This document shows, one piece after another, positions 10,182 through 19,234 of a DNA stretch of 64,000 nt (position 1 is the stretch's first letter; the number at the start of each line of letters is the position of its first letter). The stretch comes from Anaerolineae bacterium. Its GTDB lineage: Bacteria > Chloroflexota > Anaerolineae > Epilineales > Epilineaceae. The stretch lies in assembly GCA_038913135.1 (NCBI GenBank), contig JBCLES010000011.1, positions 3,673 to 67,672 on the forward strand, read 5' to 3'. The position numbers were made by a program, and so were the translations under genes. Below the pieces are notes generated by a model, which saw nothing but the letters and a program-made list of their open reading frames with translations, had not been told where the DNA came from and made no database searches.

Positions 10182-11306
10182 ATGGCGCGATCTGAAGCAC
10201 GCCAAAGCGGCGAGCCGATGATCGAGGTCGATCATCTCTCGCGCTACTACGGGCCGTCGCCGGCGCTCGAGGATATTTCGTTCACCGCGTATCGCGGCGA
10301 GATCCTCGGGTTCCTCGGGCCGAACGGCGCTGGCAAGACCACGACGATGCGCATCTTGACGGGCTACATGCCCCCGAGCGATGGCACAGCGCGCGTGGCG
10401 GGCCACGATGTCGTCTCCGAGTCGATGGAAGCGCGCAGGCACATCGGCTACCTTCCGGAGTCGACTCCGCTGTATCCCGAAATGACCATCTATCGCTATC
10501 TGGACTTCATGGGGCGTTTGCGCGACGTTCAGGATCGCGGGAAAGCGATCGAGCGGGTCATGAAGCAGGTCTCGATCAGCGACCGGGCCGATCAATTGAT
10601 CGGCCAACTCTCGAAGGGCCTTCGGCAACGAGTTGGGATTGCGCAAGCCCTGCTGCATGGGCCCGACGTAATCATCCTCGACGAGCCGACCATAGGCCTC
10701 GACCCGCGACAGATCCGCGAGGTCAGGCAGCTGATCTCCAATCTTCGGGGGGACCACACGGTCATTCTTTCGACACATATTCTCCCCGAGGCGCAGCAGG
10801 TTTGTGATCGGGTGTTGATCATCAATCGCGGACGGATCGTGGCGGAGGACACGCCGGATCGGCTCACGGCCCGGCTGTCGGGCGGAGAGCGCGTTCGAGT
10901 CGCCGTGGCTAACGGTGCGCCGGTCGAGGAGGTTAGGATGACGCTCGCCGGACTTGCCGGCGTCGGCGAAGTCGAGGCGACCGGCGGCGGCGGTTTCGTC
11001 GTGACCGCCAAGCAGGACGCCGTCATCCGGCCGGCTTTAGCGCGCATGATCGTCGAGAAGGGCTGGGAGCTATCGGAGCTGACGCCGATCGGCCTTTCGC
11101 TAGAGGAAGTCTTCCTCGAACTGACCGGCGATGCAAAGGCGGCGGCGGAACTTGCCGGCGTTGGAACGGAAGGGGAAACTATCGATACGGAAAGGGACAT
11201 TGAGGCCGGTGTACAGCCGGACGATGACCAGCCCGACGATAACCAGCCGGAAGATAACCAGTCCGATGATGTTGCGGCGGACGTTGAGGAGGCGGACAAT
11301 GCGTAA
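10182..11306 (+). CDS. ABC transporter ATP-binding protein (GldA-like) with acidic QPDD-repeat tail
   Basis: GPNGAGKTT, LSKGLRQRVG, IILDEPT; AGGAGG RBS. Confidence 0.93.
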   Translation: MARSEARQSGEPMIEVDHLSRYYGPSPALEDISFTAYRGEILGFLGPNGAGKTTTMRILTGYMPPSDGTARVAGHDVVSESMEARRHIGYLPESTPLYPEMTIYRYLDFMGRLRDVQDRGKAIERVMKQVSISDRADQLIGQLSKGLRQRVGIAQALLHGPDVIILDEPTIGLDPRQIREVRQLISNLRGDHTVILSTHILPEAQQVCDRVLIINRGRIVAEDTPDRLTARLSGGERVRVAVANGAPVEEVRMTLAGLAGVGEVEATGGGGFVVTAKQDAVIRPALARMIVEKGWELSELTPIGLSLEEVFLELTGDAKAAAELAGVGTEGETIDTERDIEAGVQPDDDQPDDNQPEDNQSDDVAADVEEADNA

Positions 11307-12024
11307 TCTGATCACGATCGCCTCACGGGAGATCGGAGCCTACTTCAATTCGTCGATCTTCTGGGTGCTCGCGACCGCCTTCATGATCTTCGGCGGTCTC
11401 GTGTTCTCGTTGATCACTACAGGACAGAGCGCGTCGGCCGACATGCTGCCGTTGCTCGGTCTCTACGGGACCATCCTTCTCTTCGTCGCTCCCTTACTTG
11501 CGATGCGGCTTCTGTCGGAAGAGCAGCGCACCGGCACGCTCGAACTCCTGATGACCGCGCCGATCCGCGATTGGCAGGTCGTGTGGGGCAAATGGCTCGG
11601 CGCGCTGGTGATGACCACGGTCATCCTCGCGCTGACCATCTTTCACGTCGCGATCCTTGTAAGGCTTGCGACCAACGGCATCGAGGTCGGTCCGCTCATC
11701 TCGAGCTACATCGGGCTTTTCTTACTGGCGGCCGCCCTGCTCGCTCTCGGCGTCCTGACATCATCCGTGACGCAGAACCAGGTGGTGGCGGCCTTCCTCG
11801 GCATAATGCTTGTGATGGTGCTGTGGTTCCTGCCGCTCCTTCAAGCCGCTTTCGGCGAAGAATCGGTCGTCGGAAAGGTCATGGCGTACGCCGGCCTTAG
11901 CGATCACTACTTCAACTTTGGCCAGGGTGTGATCGATTCGCGGGACGTCGTCTACATGCTCTCGCTGATCGTGGGATCCCTGGTGCTGGCAACGCGCATC
12001 CTGGAATCGAGGCGATGGCGATGA
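11299..12024 (+). CDS. ABC-2 permease (GldF-like)
   Basis: MRLLSEEQRTGTLELLMTAP motif, ~6 TM segments; start ATG 11299 behind GAGGAGG. Confidence 0.9.
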   Translation: MRNLITIASREIGAYFNSSIFWVLATAFMIFGGLVFSLITTGQSASADMLPLLGLYGTILLFVAPLLAMRLLSEEQRTGTLELLMTAPIRDWQVVWGKWLGALVMTTVILALTIFHVAILVRLATNGIEVGPLISSYIGLFLLAAALLALGVLTSSVTQNQVVAAFLGIMLVMVLWFLPLLQAAFGEESVVGKVMAYAGLSDHYFNFGQGVIDSRDVVYMLSLIVGSLVLATRILESRRWR

Positions 12025-13601
12025 TGACTTCAGATCGAAACGATTGGCTGCCTTATGTATCGCTGTTCGGTGTATTTCTGCTCTTCGGGAGCTTGATCTT
12101 GTGGCGACTGCCGAATGTGCCGGAGTACGCCGCCCCAGCGTTGGCCGTCGTGGGCGCGCTTCTCGCCCTCGCTTGGCCCGTGCTCAACCCGGGCGAAATG
12201 CGTGAACTCATGTCCGGTCGGCGTATCCGGCACGGAGGCAATTCCTTTGTGCTCGCCCTTTCCGCGCTGGGCATATTGGTCGTTCTCAACTTTCTCGCGG
12301 CGCGCTGGTACTATACCCAAGATGTAACGGAGAACCAGCGCTTATCGATCTCGGATCAGACGCGGCAGATCCTCGACGATATCGACGATGCCGGCGAGCC
12401 GGTTGTCGTCACGGCTGTTCTCGCGTCCAACGATCCATCTTCGACAGACCTCGACCGGCTGATCGAGCAATATGAGTCGAACTCCGAAGCCGTCGAAATC
12501 GAGCGAGTAGATCCACAGCTAGAGCCCTTCGCACTGACAGCCATCGAAGAGCGAATCGGCGAGGCACCGCCCACCAACGGCATGATCGCTGAGTCGGCCG
12601 GCCGGCACGCCGTCGTCTTCTCCTCCTTCGACGAGCAGGCGATCACCGAAGTCATTGTCAAAGCGACTCGCGCAGAAGAAAAGACCATCGCCTTCATTTC
12701 CGGCCACGAGGAATATGATCCGGCCGGCAGCGAAGAAGGTGGATATCTAGCCATCAGCGAGCAGTTGGGAAGAGAAGGCTTCACCGTCGAGACCATGAGC
12801 TTGTCGACGATGACCGACACGCTGAGCGCTGATGCCGTTGTGATCGCCGGTCCCCGGAGACCGTATCTCGAAGAAGAGGTCCAGGCGTTGGAAGGCTATC
12901 TGCGGGACGGAGGCGCGGTGATGGTACTCCTCGATCCCGATACCGACGTAGGACTGGATCAACTCTTCGCTCCTTATGGGATAACGGTGCGCGATGACCT
13001 TGTGCTCGACCCGGAGCGATCTTTCCTGGGTCAAGGTCCTCAGATCCCGGCGATCGTCGGCGACGGTTACTTGTTCCATACGATAACGAAGGACCTGGTG
13101 GCCAAGAACATCACTAGCGCCATTCCCGGAGCGCGTTCGATCGAAGTCGGAACTCCCCAAGTCGAAACGATCAGCGCTAGCCCGCTCCTCCAGACCTCCG
13201 CGGCGGCCTGGGGAGAATCGAACATAGAGTCGCTCTCGTCGGGAGTACCGACTCTCGACCCTGGTGAAGACACCCCCGGACCCCTGACGCTCGGCGTCGC
13301 GGCCGAGGACTCGGCCGAAGGCGGCTACGGGCGGCTCGTCGTCTTCGGCAACGCGCAGCTGGCGTCAGACGGATTCCTGCAGGGCATGCAAATGCTCAGC
13401 CTCGGCAACGGCAACCTCGTCCTCAACGGCATCAATTGGCTCACGCAGGACGAAGCGCTGATCTCCATCCGCCCCACGGCGCCCGAGACACGCTCGATCA
13501 ACCCCGTGGAGCGTCCGTGGCTACTACTCCTGACCACGACGCTCTTCATGCCGGCGCTCGTCGCATCCGTCGGCTTCTGGGTGTGGTGGCGCCAACGCTG
13601 A
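12015..13601 (+). CDS. GldG-like ABC auxiliary protein
   Basis: N-terminal TMs, D-V-T-ENQRLSIS, FISGHEE, VIAGPR, GRLVVFG, C-terminal TM ending WVWWRQR. Confidence 0.85.
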   Translation: MAMMTSDRNDWLPYVSLFGVFLLFGSLILWRLPNVPEYAAPALAVVGALLALAWPVLNPGEMRELMSGRRIRHGGNSFVLALSALGILVVLNFLAARWYYTQDVTENQRLSISDQTRQILDDIDDAGEPVVVTAVLASNDPSSTDLDRLIEQYESNSEAVEIERVDPQLEPFALTAIEERIGEAPPTNGMIAESAGRHAVVFSSFDEQAITEVIVKATRAEEKTIAFISGHEEYDPAGSEEGGYLAISEQLGREGFTVETMSLSTMTDTLSADAVVIAGPRRPYLEEEVQALEGYLRDGGAVMVLLDPDTDVGLDQLFAPYGITVRDDLVLDPERSFLGQGPQIPAIVGDGYLFHTITKDLVAKNITSAIPGARSIEVGTPQVETISASPLLQTSAAAWGESNIESLSSGVPTLDPGEDTPGPLTLGVAAEDSAEGGYGRLVVFGNAQLASDGFLQGMQMLSLGNGNLVLNGINWLTQDEALISIRPTAPETRSINPVERPWLLLLTTTLFMPALVASVGFWVWWRQR

Positions 13602-13716
13602 CCTACGGCCGGCGAAACGGGGAGTCAATGCCGGGGAAACAATATCCGCTAGTGAATGTCCGGAAGTAAATGTCGTCGGCGCGAGTTGCCGCCGTTGATG
13701 TCTGAGGAGCCCGAAC

Positions 13717-14550
13717 GTGAACATGCGTAACACCCTGATCCTGTTCCTGGTCTTCGTCTCTCTCGCGGTGTTCGCGTGGACTCTGCGCGATCGCGAGGGC
13801 AAGCAATTTGGCAACACGGCTCCCGAGCCGACGCCCGGCCCGATGTGGGACTTCAAGACCGACGATGTCAATGAAGTCGTGGTGACGCGCGGAGCGGACG
13901 AATACACGCTCAGCCGGGACGGCGACGCTTGGCTTGTCGACGGCGAGGCGACCAGCGACGAGGTCGCCGGCCTCATCGGGCGCATCGCGGAACCTACGAT
14001 CTTGCGCGTGCTGCCTGAGGACCGCGACCCAGACGTCTACGGCTTCGATACACCGGCGCTGACAATCACGCTACGCGCGGCCGATGCTGAGACCGTCATC
14101 TACCGCGGCGATCAGGTACCGACCAGCTCGGACTACTACGTTCGTTTGGCCGCAGGCGGCCCGATTCGAATCTTGAGTGGCATCGACATCGACCGTTTGG
14201 AGGAATGGCTCGACGAGCCGCCTTTGGCCCCGACTCCGACCGTGGAATCTGAGGAAGCCGACGAAGATACTGACGGCGACGCGGACGAGGGAGTTGAAGA
14301 GGGAACCGACGAGGCGGTCGACGAGGGCGCGGATGAGGGCGGCGAGGACGAAGACGCCGACGCAACCGCCACGGCCGAAGCCGGAGTCGAAGACGCCGAC
14401 GCAACCGCCACGGCCGAAGCTGGAACCGAGGGCACTGCGACAAGCGCTTCAACGGCAGCCGCGACATCGACTGTGTCGCCGACGGCCCGCTCGACGCCCA
14501 CAACGACCGCTGAGCCGACATCGGAAGACGGCGAAGAAACACGACCGTGA
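13717..14550 (+). CDS. DUF4340-like protein with acidic low-complexity tail
   Basis: RNTLIL signal anchor, YGFDTP; usual fourth gene of gldAFG-type operons; duplicated EDADATATAEAG. Confidence 0.7.
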   Translation: MNMRNTLILFLVFVSLAVFAWTLRDREGKQFGNTAPEPTPGPMWDFKTDDVNEVVVTRGADEYTLSRDGDAWLVDGEATSDEVAGLIGRIAEPTILRVLPEDRDPDVYGFDTPALTITLRAADAETVIYRGDQVPTSSDYYVRLAAGGPIRILSGIDIDRLEEWLDEPPLAPTPTVESEEADEDTDGDADEGVEEGTDEAVDEGADEGGEDEDADATATAEAGVEDADATATAEAGTEGTATSASTAAATSTVSPTARSTPTTTAEPTSEDGEETRP

Positions 14551-15461
14551 TGCCGCGGAGTCGGATCGGTACAGCGACCGTCATGACTACGCTCTTCCTA
14601 ACGTCGGCCGGGTGTACTTTCGACCCGGCCACGGTCACGCCGTTCGTCCCGACGCCGGATCGTCTGAGCCAGGTCACACCTCCGGCGGACGCCGCCACTT
14701 TCACGCTCCTTCCGCTGAACACGGAGTTGGGCGTCGGTTTCGAGCGGTTCGCCTTTCGTCTGCTCGATGAGACGAACACTCCCGTGCGGCAGGCGATCGT
14801 CAAAACCGTCTTCTACGAAGGCCTGCCTGGTGGTGACTCTCTCCGAGAGGCGGCGGGCGACGCCGCCTTTTTCGGCCAGTCCATGCCGGGCGGTGGGGCA
14901 TGGGTGCTCTATTCCGAGATCGACAGCTCCGGTCCGTGGACCATCGATGTGACTATCCAATTGCCGGACGGCAGGCGGGCGGTAGCGCGTGAGACCGTGA
15001 CTGTGGCTGGAAGAACGGCGCTGCCGCGTTCGGGCATGCAGCCGCCGACTATCGACACGCCTACGACCGATGGCGACGACCTGAGCCCTCTGACCACCGA
15101 TCCCAACCCGCTCGAACACTTGTATCGGACCAGCATCGCTGATTCGATCGAGGCCCAGCGCCCGTTCATCGTCCTCTTTGCGTCAGCCGAGCATTGCCCG
15201 GATGAAACCTGCGAAGTGATGATGTCCGAGTTCAGGGCGCTATGGACCGGCTACCGCGACCGCATCGATTTCATTCACATCGAGTCGCGCAATCTCGAGC
15301 AGCCGAATCTGCTCTCACCGACGGCCTCGGCGTGGGGACTACCTTCAGAGCCGTGGGTCTTCATGTTCGACGGGCGCGGCTTCCTAAAGTATCGCACGGA
15401 GGGTGCCGTCGAGCGGACGGAGTTGAGCCTGCTCGTCGACCGCATGCTCCAGGGGTTCTGA
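14547..15461 (+). CDS. Lipoprotein with C-terminal thioredoxin-like fold
   Basis: Lipobox SAGC, FASAEHCPDETC, WGLPSEPWVF. Confidence 0.65.
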   Translation: MMPRSRIGTATVMTTLFLTSAGCTFDPATVTPFVPTPDRLSQVTPPADAATFTLLPLNTELGVGFERFAFRLLDETNTPVRQAIVKTVFYEGLPGGDSLREAAGDAAFFGQSMPGGGAWVLYSEIDSSGPWTIDVTIQLPDGRRAVARETVTVAGRTALPRSGMQPPTIDTPTTDGDDLSPLTTDPNPLEHLYRTSIADSIEAQRPFIVLFASAEHCPDETCEVMMSEFRALWTGYRDRIDFIHIESRNLEQPNLLSPTASAWGLPSEPWVFMFDGRGFLKYRTEGAVERTELSLLVDRMLQGF

Positions 15462-15620
15462 TCCTGCCGCGATCATCGCGGCGCTCGAATCGGCTAGATT
15501 GTTGTTTGACACGGCCTTAGCCGGGCCATGGACTTAGGCAGTAACCTTGGCCTGAATTTGAGCCTGAACTTGGACCCAGTCCTCGACGTCGCGTCGGCGT
15601 CTTTCTGAAAGGGGGCGCGA

Positions 15621-16268
15621 ATCGACGACTTCACCGCCGCGTTCACCGAAGCTTTCGCGTGGGCACAAGAGCGCCCCGACGTCTTCATGGATGCGCTAAC
15701 GCGCCACATCGAGTTGAGCGGAGCGGCCCTTGGCATCGCGTTCGCAGTCGCAGGCCCGCTTGGTGTTGTCATCGCTAGACGGCCTCAGGCGGCTGAACCG
15801 GTGATCGCTTTCTTTAGCGGTGCACGCGTCGTCCCGAGCCTAGCCATCCTCTTCCTCGCCGTTCCAGTGCTCGGAATCGGCTTCGCTCCAGCCCTTCTCG
15901 CCTTGACCGTGCTCGCCTGCCCGCCCATCCTGCTGAACACTTACGCGGCTTTTCAAGGTGTCGAAGCCTCCGTAGTCGAAGCCGCGCGCGGGATGGGGAT
16001 GTCGGCGCCGCAAGTTTTCAGGCGTGTAGAGACGCCGCTGGCCCTTCCGGTGGTGATCACCGGTGTTCGGACGGCGGCCGTGGAGGTGATCGCGAGCGCA
16101 ACGCTGGCGGCCTTCATCGGCGCCGGCGGGCTTGGAGATTTCATCACTCTCGGCTTCGCCCTCGATCGGCCGGAAGTGATGCTGGTTGGGGCGGTGCCCG
16201 TCGCCGTGCTGGCCCTGATTTCGGAAGTCGGGTTGAACGCTGTCGAACACCGGTTGCAGGTGGTCTGA
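15621..16268 (+). CDS. Osmoprotectant ABC transporter permease (OpuBB/ProW-like)
   Basis: VPSLA, EAARGMGMS, VETPLALP; first ATG is 15687 but the frame looks coding from ATC 15621. Confidence 0.85.
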   Translation: MDDFTAAFTEAFAWAQERPDVFMDALTRHIELSGAALGIAFAVAGPLGVVIARRPQAAEPVIAFFSGARVVPSLAILFLAVPVLGIGFAPALLALTVLACPPILLNTYAAFQGVEASVVEAARGMGMSAPQVFRRVETPLALPVVITGVRTAAVEVIASATLAAFIGAGGLGDFITLGFALDRPEVMLVGAVPVAVLALISEVGLNAVEHRLQVV

Positions 16269-16297
16269 TCAGATCGAATCGTCCGCTCACAGGAGAG

Positions 16298-17374
16298 ATG
16301 TTCATGGAAGCCTTCAAACACTCAATCGTCGGTAGCCGAACACATACGGCCACGTTCGCGGCTATCTTCGCCTCAATGCTGCTGATGGCCTTCGCTTTGG
16401 GCTGCTCTCCGGGACAGGTCGATGCACCCGACGCGAACGATGAGATCATCACCGACGGTTCGCAGGGCACGGCGCCCGAAGATCCAAACGATGAAGCTGG
16501 GACCGGCGATGATACTTCCGGCGCAGAAGTAGCCGATACCCCTGCCGAGGGCCTTGACCGCCCGATCGTGGTCGGCTCCAAGAACTTCACGGAGGCGTTC
16601 ATCCTGGGCCACATGTATGCCCTCATGCTCGAAGGCGCCGGCTTTGAAGTCGAACGCTCGGTCGGGTTGGGCGCTACTCCGATCGCCCATGCCGCGCTTC
16701 TGGCGGGCGAGATCGATCTGTATCCGGAGTACACGAGCACGGCGCTTATCACGGTTCTTCAGGCGGATCCGATCAGCGATCGCGACGCGGTCTACAAGGC
16801 AGTTTCCGAGGCGTACGAAAGGGACTTCGACCTCACATGGCTTGATCCATCGCCGTTCAACAACCCGCAGGCGCTCGCGACACGAAGGGACGTTGCGGAG
16901 GAGCATGACGTGTCGACCTACACGGAGCTTGCCGCGATCGCCGACCAACTGACGATCGGCGGGCCGCCGGAGTTCTTCGAGCGCGAAGACGGCCTACCCG
17001 GACTTCAGGAAGCATACGGCGGCTTTGACTTCGCCGAAACGCGCCAACTTGATTCGGGCTTGCGCTATGAGGCGCTCGTCAACGGCGATATCGACGTCGT
17101 TCTCGCCTTCGGAACGGATGGTCAGATCAGCGGCTTCGGCCTAGTCCTGCTCGAAGACGACCAGAACTTCTTCACGCCTTATCCGGTGGCGCCCGTAGTG
17201 CGCAGCGACGTCCTCCAAGCAGAGCCGGGAATAGCCACGATTCTCAATTCGCTCGCACCGCGCCTGACCAACGAGATCATGCAGGTCCTCAATTGGTCGG
17301 TCGACGGTCCTGACAAACGCGAGCCCGAGGATGTGGCGCGCGACTTCCTTATCGCCGAGGGCTTGATCGAGTAG
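16298..17374 (+). CDS. Glycine betaine/osmoprotectant ABC substrate-binding lipoprotein
   Basis: Lipobox ALGC, VVGSKNFTE, IDLYPEYT, EFFEREDG. Confidence 0.92.
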   Translation: MFMEAFKHSIVGSRTHTATFAAIFASMLLMAFALGCSPGQVDAPDANDEIITDGSQGTAPEDPNDEAGTGDDTSGAEVADTPAEGLDRPIVVGSKNFTEAFILGHMYALMLEGAGFEVERSVGLGATPIAHAALLAGEIDLYPEYTSTALITVLQADPISDRDAVYKAVSEAYERDFDLTWLDPSPFNNPQALATRRDVAEEHDVSTYTELAAIADQLTIGGPPEFFEREDGLPGLQEAYGGFDFAETRQLDSGLRYEALVNGDIDVVLAFGTDGQISGFGLVLLEDDQNFFTPYPVAPVVRSDVLQAEPGIATILNSLAPRLTNEIMQVLNWSVDGPDKREPEDVARDFLIAEGLIE

Positions 17375-17377
17375 CGC

Positions 17378-18418
17378 GTGCGCGACAAGAAGAAAGCGGG
17401 GGCGGAAGAAGGGGCTATCCGATTCGAGGACGTCTCCGTCCTATACCCCGGATCCGAGCAACCCGCCGTTGCGGATGTGACGCTCGACGTTGCGCCGGGA
17501 ACGCTCGAAGTCCTGCTAGGTCCGTCTGGCTGCGGCAAGACGACGCTGCTCAAGTCAGTCAATCGCCTGGTCGAGCCGACGCAGGGCCGCGTGCTAGTCG
17601 ATGGATTGGACACGGCAACCCTAGAACCGACCGCGCTGCGCAGACGGATCGGTTACGTGATACAGGCGACGGGGCTCTTTCCGCACATGAGCGTCGCGCG
17701 AAACATCGGCGTCGTACCGCGGCTGCTCGGCTGGTCGGACGAACGGATCGCGGCGCGCGTTTTTGAGATGCTCGAGCTTGTAGATCTGCCGCAGGACTAC
17801 GGAGGGCGAGCGCCTCGCCAGCTCTCCGGCGGCGAGGCTCAACGGGTGGGCATTGCGCGAGCCCTGGCCGCCGAGCCGGCTTTCCTATTGATGGACGAGC
17901 CCTTTGGCGCACTCGATGCGATCAATCGGCTTCGGCTGCAGGATGAACTACGGGCGATCCACAGTCGGCTGCGCCGCACCATTCTCTTCGTAACCCATGA
18001 CGTGGACGAAGCACTTCGTATCGCGGATCGGATCGCGGTGATGCGGGAGGGCAGGATAGTCCAGGCAGCGACACCACTCGAACTCCTGTTATCGCCGGCA
18101 GACGATTTCGTCTCCGAGCTGGTGGATGCGGACGATCTCTTTCGCCGATTGGGCTTGATGCGGGTGGGCGATGTAGTCGGGATGGCTGATGCTGGCGCCG
18201 GGTCGAGTGTTCCGCCGAGTGGCGATTTGGACGGCAGTTCGGGAGTTCGGCCGAGTGGCGACTCGACCACGCTGTCGAGCCAAGATGATCTCAGGGAGGC
18301 CCTATCTCATCTCCTCCGATCGGGCGGCGACGGACTGCCGGTCGTCGGTCCGGAGGGCGATGCCGTCGGGACGCTGACACTGTCAGCGCTTCAGGCGGCG
18401 GCGCGAGGACGCCAATGA
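17378..18418 (+). CDS. Osmoprotectant ABC ATP-binding protein (OpuBA/ProV-like)
   Basis: GPSGCGKTT, LRRRIGYVIQ, LSGGEAQR, LMDEPFGALD, FVTHD. Confidence 0.93.
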   Translation: MRDKKKAGAEEGAIRFEDVSVLYPGSEQPAVADVTLDVAPGTLEVLLGPSGCGKTTLLKSVNRLVEPTQGRVLVDGLDTATLEPTALRRRIGYVIQATGLFPHMSVARNIGVVPRLLGWSDERIAARVFEMLELVDLPQDYGGRAPRQLSGGEAQRVGIARALAAEPAFLLMDEPFGALDAINRLRLQDELRAIHSRLRRTILFVTHDVDEALRIADRIAVMREGRIVQAATPLELLLSPADDFVSELVDADDLFRRLGLMRVGDVVGMADAGAGSSVPPSGDLDGSSGVRPSGDSTTLSSQDDLREALSHLLRSGGDGLPVVGPEGDAVGTLTLSALQAAARGRQ

Positions 18419-18468
18419 GGACACGTGCGCCGATGAGAACACGTGCGCTGATAAGGACGCCTGAGCAG
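18415..18468 (+). repeat. Three imperfect 18-bp tandem units inside a 26-codon mini-ORF (18415-18495)
   Basis: ATGAGGACACGTGCGCCG / ATGAGAACACGTGCGCTG / ATAAGGACGCCTGAGCAG. Confidence 0.75.
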
Positions 18469-18491
18469 ATGGTCGGGAGAGAGGCAGTTCG

Positions 18492-19154
18492 ATGAACACG
18501 GAAGGGCGATGGAACGCGCTCGGCTGGGGTCTTGCCAACCCGGAGGTGATCCTGGAGCACACGCTGGAGCACCTGTGGCTGACCGCGATGACGCTTCTAA
18601 TCGCCGGGGCGATCGCGCTGCCGCTCGGCATCGCCGTTGTCCGCATGCGGATGCGCGGACTCGACGTACTGGTGCTCGGCGCTCTAGGAGTGGTCTACAC
18701 CATCCCCAGTTTGGCGTTCTTCGTATTGCTCGTTCCTTGGCTCGGTCTTGGAAGGGACACAGCGTTGGTCGCGCTGGTGGCGTATGCGCAAGTTGTCCTG
18801 GTCCGCAACGTGGTGGCTGGGTTGCGCGGGGTCGATGCGTCTGTGATCGAGGCGGCGCGCGGCATGGGGATGAGCGGCTTCGAGCGACTGTGGCACGTGG
18901 AACTGCCGTTGGCGGCGCCGGTGATGTTGGCTGGAGCGCGGGTGGCAACCGTGTCGGTGATCGCAATCGGGACGGTGGCGGCTCTGATTCGGGCCGGGGG
19001 GCTTGGAGAGCTTCTATTTGTGGGAGTGGCGACGAGTCATCGAGGAAAAATCGTGGCGGGCGCCGTAGCGGTGTCGGTGTTGGCGCTTGGCTTCAATGTG
19101 GGCTTCAGGTGGCTGGAATCGAGGGTCGGGGAGGTAGTCCGGGGCACCGGTTGA
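18492..19154 (+). CDS. Osmoprotectant ABC transporter permease
   Basis: YTIPSLA, EAARGMGMS, VELPLAAP, GGLG. Confidence 0.92.
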   Translation: MNTEGRWNALGWGLANPEVILEHTLEHLWLTAMTLLIAGAIALPLGIAVVRMRMRGLDVLVLGALGVVYTIPSLAFFVLLVPWLGLGRDTALVALVAYAQVVLVRNVVAGLRGVDASVIEAARGMGMSGFERLWHVELPLAAPVMLAGARVATVSVIAIGTVAALIRAGGLGELLFVGVATSHRGKIVAGAVAVSVLALGFNVGFRWLESRVGEVVRGTG

Positions 19155-19234
19155 TCGGTCGCTCGATTTTCGGATCGAAGTCGCGTTCGATGCTATGAGC
19201 GATCGACGCCATCGAATTCACAAGTGCGAGTGCT

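Noticed and set aside
14270-14430. Coding tandem repeats in the DUF4340 and GldA-like tails (also 11210-11270)
   Set aside because: Ordinary in-frame low-complexity acidic linkers.
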